Shown here: in pieces, positions 60,261 through 64,000 of the stretch
Layout of the letters: every line of letters starts with the position of its first letter
Numbering within the stretch: position 1 is the stretch's first letter
Source: Torpedo marmorata
Taxonomy: Eukaryota
NCBI GenBank assembly: GCA_977017645.1
Contig: OZ360225.1
Coordinates: 124,372,001-124,436,000, forward strand
DNA: 64,000 nt
Direction of reading: 5' to 3'
The notes under the pieces: model-generated
What the model saw: the letters and a program-made list of their open reading frames with translations, nothing else
Database searches by the model: none
What the model was told of the DNA's origin: nothing
Program-made: the position numbers and the translations under genes

Positions 60261-61529
60261 TGATTTTAATATCCAACATGCTCCCAGTAAGAAAAATTGT
60301 GTTGAATCTTACCTGGCTCTGCTCAGCAGCAGCAGGCAGGAGAGTTGTTAAAATCAGTTGAATTTATTTATCTTCCACTTGTCCATTTAACTGTTGACTC
60401 ATTTAGAAGGCCGAGCACGGCAGAAAGCAGCCAGGTGACTGGAACATTTATAAACCGATGCGGTAATTAGGACCTCAATACAAATCCAATTAGTAGATCA
60501 GAAACTCATCCTTGTGGGCCACAGCTGAGTTAAACTACACAGTTAACTTCAGTCACCGACTGAGTGATGAATAATGCAAATGGACTTTCATTTATAGACA
60601 TCTGAACTTGGAGATCTGAAACCTAAAGTAAAAAGGGGTTGCTGCAAATACTCGGCAAGTAAAACAACATCTGTGGAATGTGAAACAGAATTAATGTTGC
60701 AGTTAATGATCTTGCATCAGAATTATTTCCTCTTTCCACAGATGATGCCTGATTTCATAAACATTTCCAGCATACATGTATTAACTTTTTATTCAAGATT
60801 TCCAGCATTAGCAATATTTTACTTTCAGATCTGAATCATATTATGTCTAGTAATGTTTCAAAGACTTTTATTTTCCTTTAGAAATTCAATGGCTGAGGAA
60901 TTCCATGGGCTTGGCTGCCATTGACTAGAATGTTGCATGTTTTGGAGGCAAAACTGCTCCCAATGGGACTATGGCTACACATGCAGTGTTGGGGTAAGGA
61001 GGAAGGCCTGGTGGTTGGAGCCTGGGCTGAAGTCGGGTTGGTAGGGTGATAGACGTGCAATGTAGAGGTGGAAATGCAATCCTTGTTGACTAGATTAGGA
61101 GTCTGAAAAGGCCACCATTAAGGAGCAGCTGTAGGATAAAGATTAATTATGAGACTTATCTCAGTGAGCTCTCTGTTCTGAATTGTGAAGTGTGAGTTAT
61201 TACAGGTGTTCCCAAAATTTGGTGGACCCTAGTCAACTTGGTTTAATCTCTGATACGTGCTCCAAAAGGAGCATTATCTGGGGAATAAAACATGTTTAGT
61301 AGGGAAATTATAACAGATGCAAAGGTGCAACCAGGATAGGTGTAGTCAAATATCCAGTGATTAATCATTTGTGCATTTCACTCCACACTTGGAATACCAT
61401 AATGCAGTTGATTTTTTAAAATAATATTTTTATTTTGAAATTGAGTTTCTCAAAATCCCATTTGCTTTTGAAATCATTTAAGATAAAATTATAATTAATG
61501 AATGAAGTTTATTGTTATATACATAAGTA

Positions 61530-61940
61530 CGTATATACTGTTTACTAGTCGAGTTTTGGGGACCAATTTTTCAGGTCAAATTTGGGGGTTGACTTTTACA
61601 CGGATACAACTTTTGACCGCGGTAAGTAACTGCGTTTTTCAAGGCGTCGGGAGCTCGGATGGCCGGGACCGGGTGGTAAGTCCACGTTCGGGGCATCGGG
61701 AGCTTGGAAGGGCAGGCGGCTGAGGCGAGGATCCACGGTCAGGGTGTCAGGAGCTTGGATGGTCGGGTAGCCAAGGCTAGGGTTCGTAGTTGGGGCATCG
61801 GGAGCTCGATGGGTGAGTGGTCGGAGCCAAATATAGGGGATCAACTTTTACACGGTATGTACGGAAAATACGCGAATTTTGGGCCAAAGAAGGGAGAGTC
61901 AACTTTTACACAGGATCGAATACTACATGAGTATATACGG
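61530..61940. mobile_element. Mariner-type MITE
   Basis: TA|CGTATATACT... and ...GAGTATATACGG|TA termini; internal repeated GACTTTTACACGG and GCATCGGGAGCT motifs. Confidence 0.7.
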
Positions 61941-62039
61941 TACAATGCACAGATACCATGCAAGTCTTGTGGCAGCTTCCTAAGAACATAAAATACACAA
62001 CATGTAACAGCAAAAAATATTAAAAATATATATAAAAGG

Positions 62040-62605
62040 AAGAGGGAAGAAATAAATAATAATAAATATTCATAGTTGGTTATGGTGTAGACAAATATTT
62101 GGGGCTCTTAAAATAGTGATGTGGTGTGGTATAGGGAGGGTAAAGAGCCTGATAGCTGTTGGGGGAAAATCTGTTCTTGAACCTAGAGGTTCTGAACTTT
62201 TGGCTTCTGTGCCTTCTGCCTGAAGGTAGCAGCTAGAAGAGATCAAGGCCAAGGTGACAGGGTCTTGGCAGCCTTTTTGAGACTGCACCTCATGTAACTG
62301 TCTTCAATGCCTGGGAGGTCGGTATCTGTAATGAACTTGGCTTTGCCTGTCAGTTTCTGCAGCCTTTTGTGTTCCTTGGCATTAAAGTTTCTAAACCAGG
62401 CTGTGATGCGACCAGTCAGTATATCTTCTGGTGTATACCGGTAGACGTTTGTTAGAGTATTCGATGACAAGCCAACACCTCTCAGATTCCTGAGAAAGAG
62501 GAAATATTGGTGTGTCTTCATGGATACCTCAATGTGCTAGCTCCAGGAGAGATCCTTGGATATGTGAATGCCAAGGAACTTGAAGTCACTAACTGTCTCC
62601 ATCCC
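62040..62605 (-). mobile_element. Decayed Rex1/Babar 3' fragment
   Basis: FLRNLR..GLS..TLTNVYR...ILTGRITAWF...LQK, homologous to the 8346 frame. Confidence 0.8.
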
Positions 62606-63777
62606 AAACACCAATCGTGCCAGTCAGCAGCTAGGCCAGGAAATTATGGCCATATATTCAACTCAACTTTATTAGTGGGTGAATATTTCTGCCATTAAGT
62701 TAGCTGGCTGATCTACAGCTCATCTGACTGTCTCTTCCAACAAATTTAAATTTGAGTTGAGCAACTGATCTGGGCTAACAATTGTCTGATTTGGAGAGAG
62801 GATGAATAAGTCAGTCGGCTTAGCTTCAGCTATGCACCAGAAACCGTGTGTCTGGTTTCCATGGGAAGGCAGGAATTAAATCAACAGCTATGATGCTATC
62901 CAGCGGAATAGCCTTTCCACACTCAGTACTCAGTGTCAACAAAGGGCGAAAGGCAGCAATGGAAGCACTGGAATCGCACTCCATAATTAGCCTAAGATTT
63001 TGGCAGAAGAATGTTGGAAATTGTGATATAAGAATAGTGATTCTATGTTTGGACTCTGATCAAACTGTCTCTCAGTAATCTTAGTTACTTCCCATTAAAT
63101 ATAGTGGCAAGTGACTGAATTATTTGTGGTGGAAAGCTGAATTCTGTATTATCTAACTCATATGTATGAAAATGGCAGCTTCAATTAAGATACAATTTAA
63201 AATTGCGACATTGGGTGAAACGGGGGCCTTTCACCTCTATGCACTGAGATCAAATCCAGACTGGACTGATGGAATAAAGCCTGTCAGATTGGGTAAAACA
63301 TGGAGCAGACTGGTAATTGATTTCACACCCTGCCTCTTTTTATTTCCCTTTGACTTTAATGTGCAAAGAAATGACAGCAAGATGGACACAGTTAACCAAG
63401 CTTTCAAAGAAAAAGAGATTCAAGCCAAAAATGAGCAAAAAAAAAAAGATTAGAACTACAACCATTACTGGGGATGAGGTGTTTAGGATGCTGACTGCAT
63501 ATTTCCCAGAGAGCCTGGAGAATCTAACACGACGTAGCAGATCTCCAGAAGAAAATGAAAGAATTGATAAATGGCTCACTCCCAGAGTTTTTTTAGCCTT
63601 CCTTTTACATATAATTCCAGTGCTACCTTCTCAGTAGGTTGTGTAGCGAATGCTAAATACACACTGCATGAACAATAAAGAGGACACACGCAATGGTCTT
63701 TAGTAAAGAACCTATGTAGTCATTTTATTTCTTCCAACAACCGTTTCTTCTTCCCAGCAAACCTCACTCGACCATGC

Positions 63778-64000
63778 TGAGGTGCCATCAATTACTTCAA
63801 AAGACTACAAGTTTTATAGGAATTGAAAGGCTTTTATTAACAATAGAATCGTGCCACGTCCGTGTTGGTTGTTTGTCCTGGACTGGGGAAGGAGCAGTGG
63901 CACAATCGCCTTTATTCAGGGGGTTTGTGGGAGGAGCCACAGGAACAGTCAGCAGAGGGGCATGTCCAGACATATCCAGACAGCTTACACAGCCACAACC
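63778..64000 (-). repeat. LTR (3' or solo) of the same family as 582..816, truncated by the window end
   Basis: The reverse complement aligns with ~603..816 (ATATGTCTGGACATGCCC..CTGCTGACTGT..GTGGCTCCTCCCACA..CCCCCTGAATAAAGGC). Confidence 0.9.

Noticed and set aside
62620-63640. Possible downstream exon or ancient SINE/conserved element
   Set aside because: Only vague similarity and short ORFs without convincing splice or protein evidence; needs a comparative alignment.
1-64000. CRISPR array or prokaryotic system
   Set aside because: No repeat-spacer array. The DNA is intron-containing vertebrate sequence, and CRISPLD refers to cysteine-rich secretory proteins.

Overview
Eukaryotic genomic DNA, most likely from a cartilaginous fish; this is inferred from HE1/V-SINE-like, Penelope/Poseidon-like, Rex1/Babar and CR1 repeats. 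The only host gene is a complete CRISPLD1 on the + strand. It has a probable non-coding exon 1 in a GC-rich promoter (~19.3-19.9 kb) and 14 coding exons (20150..58204) with GT-AG introns and consistent phases, giving 1617 nt and 538 aa: signal peptide, CAP/SCP domain and two LCCL domains. The rest is a dense repeat landscape. It includes a full-length Ty3/Gypsy element with identical 251-bp LTRs and a 5-bp TSD (2180..6672), two related LTRs at the window edges, and an older RT/RNaseH-deleted Gypsy in intron 13. It also includes many LINE fragments, MITEs, a 5S-derived SINE and Penelope remnants with hammerhead-like cores. The most striking signal is that the young Gypsy has no tRNA primer-binding site. 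Instead, the 13 nt next to the 5' LTR are perfectly complementary to a segment inside its own LTR, and the intervening U5 folds into two stem-loops that covary between LTR families. This looks like a tRNA-independent self-priming architecture. All family assignments come from motif recognition by eye; no database search was run.
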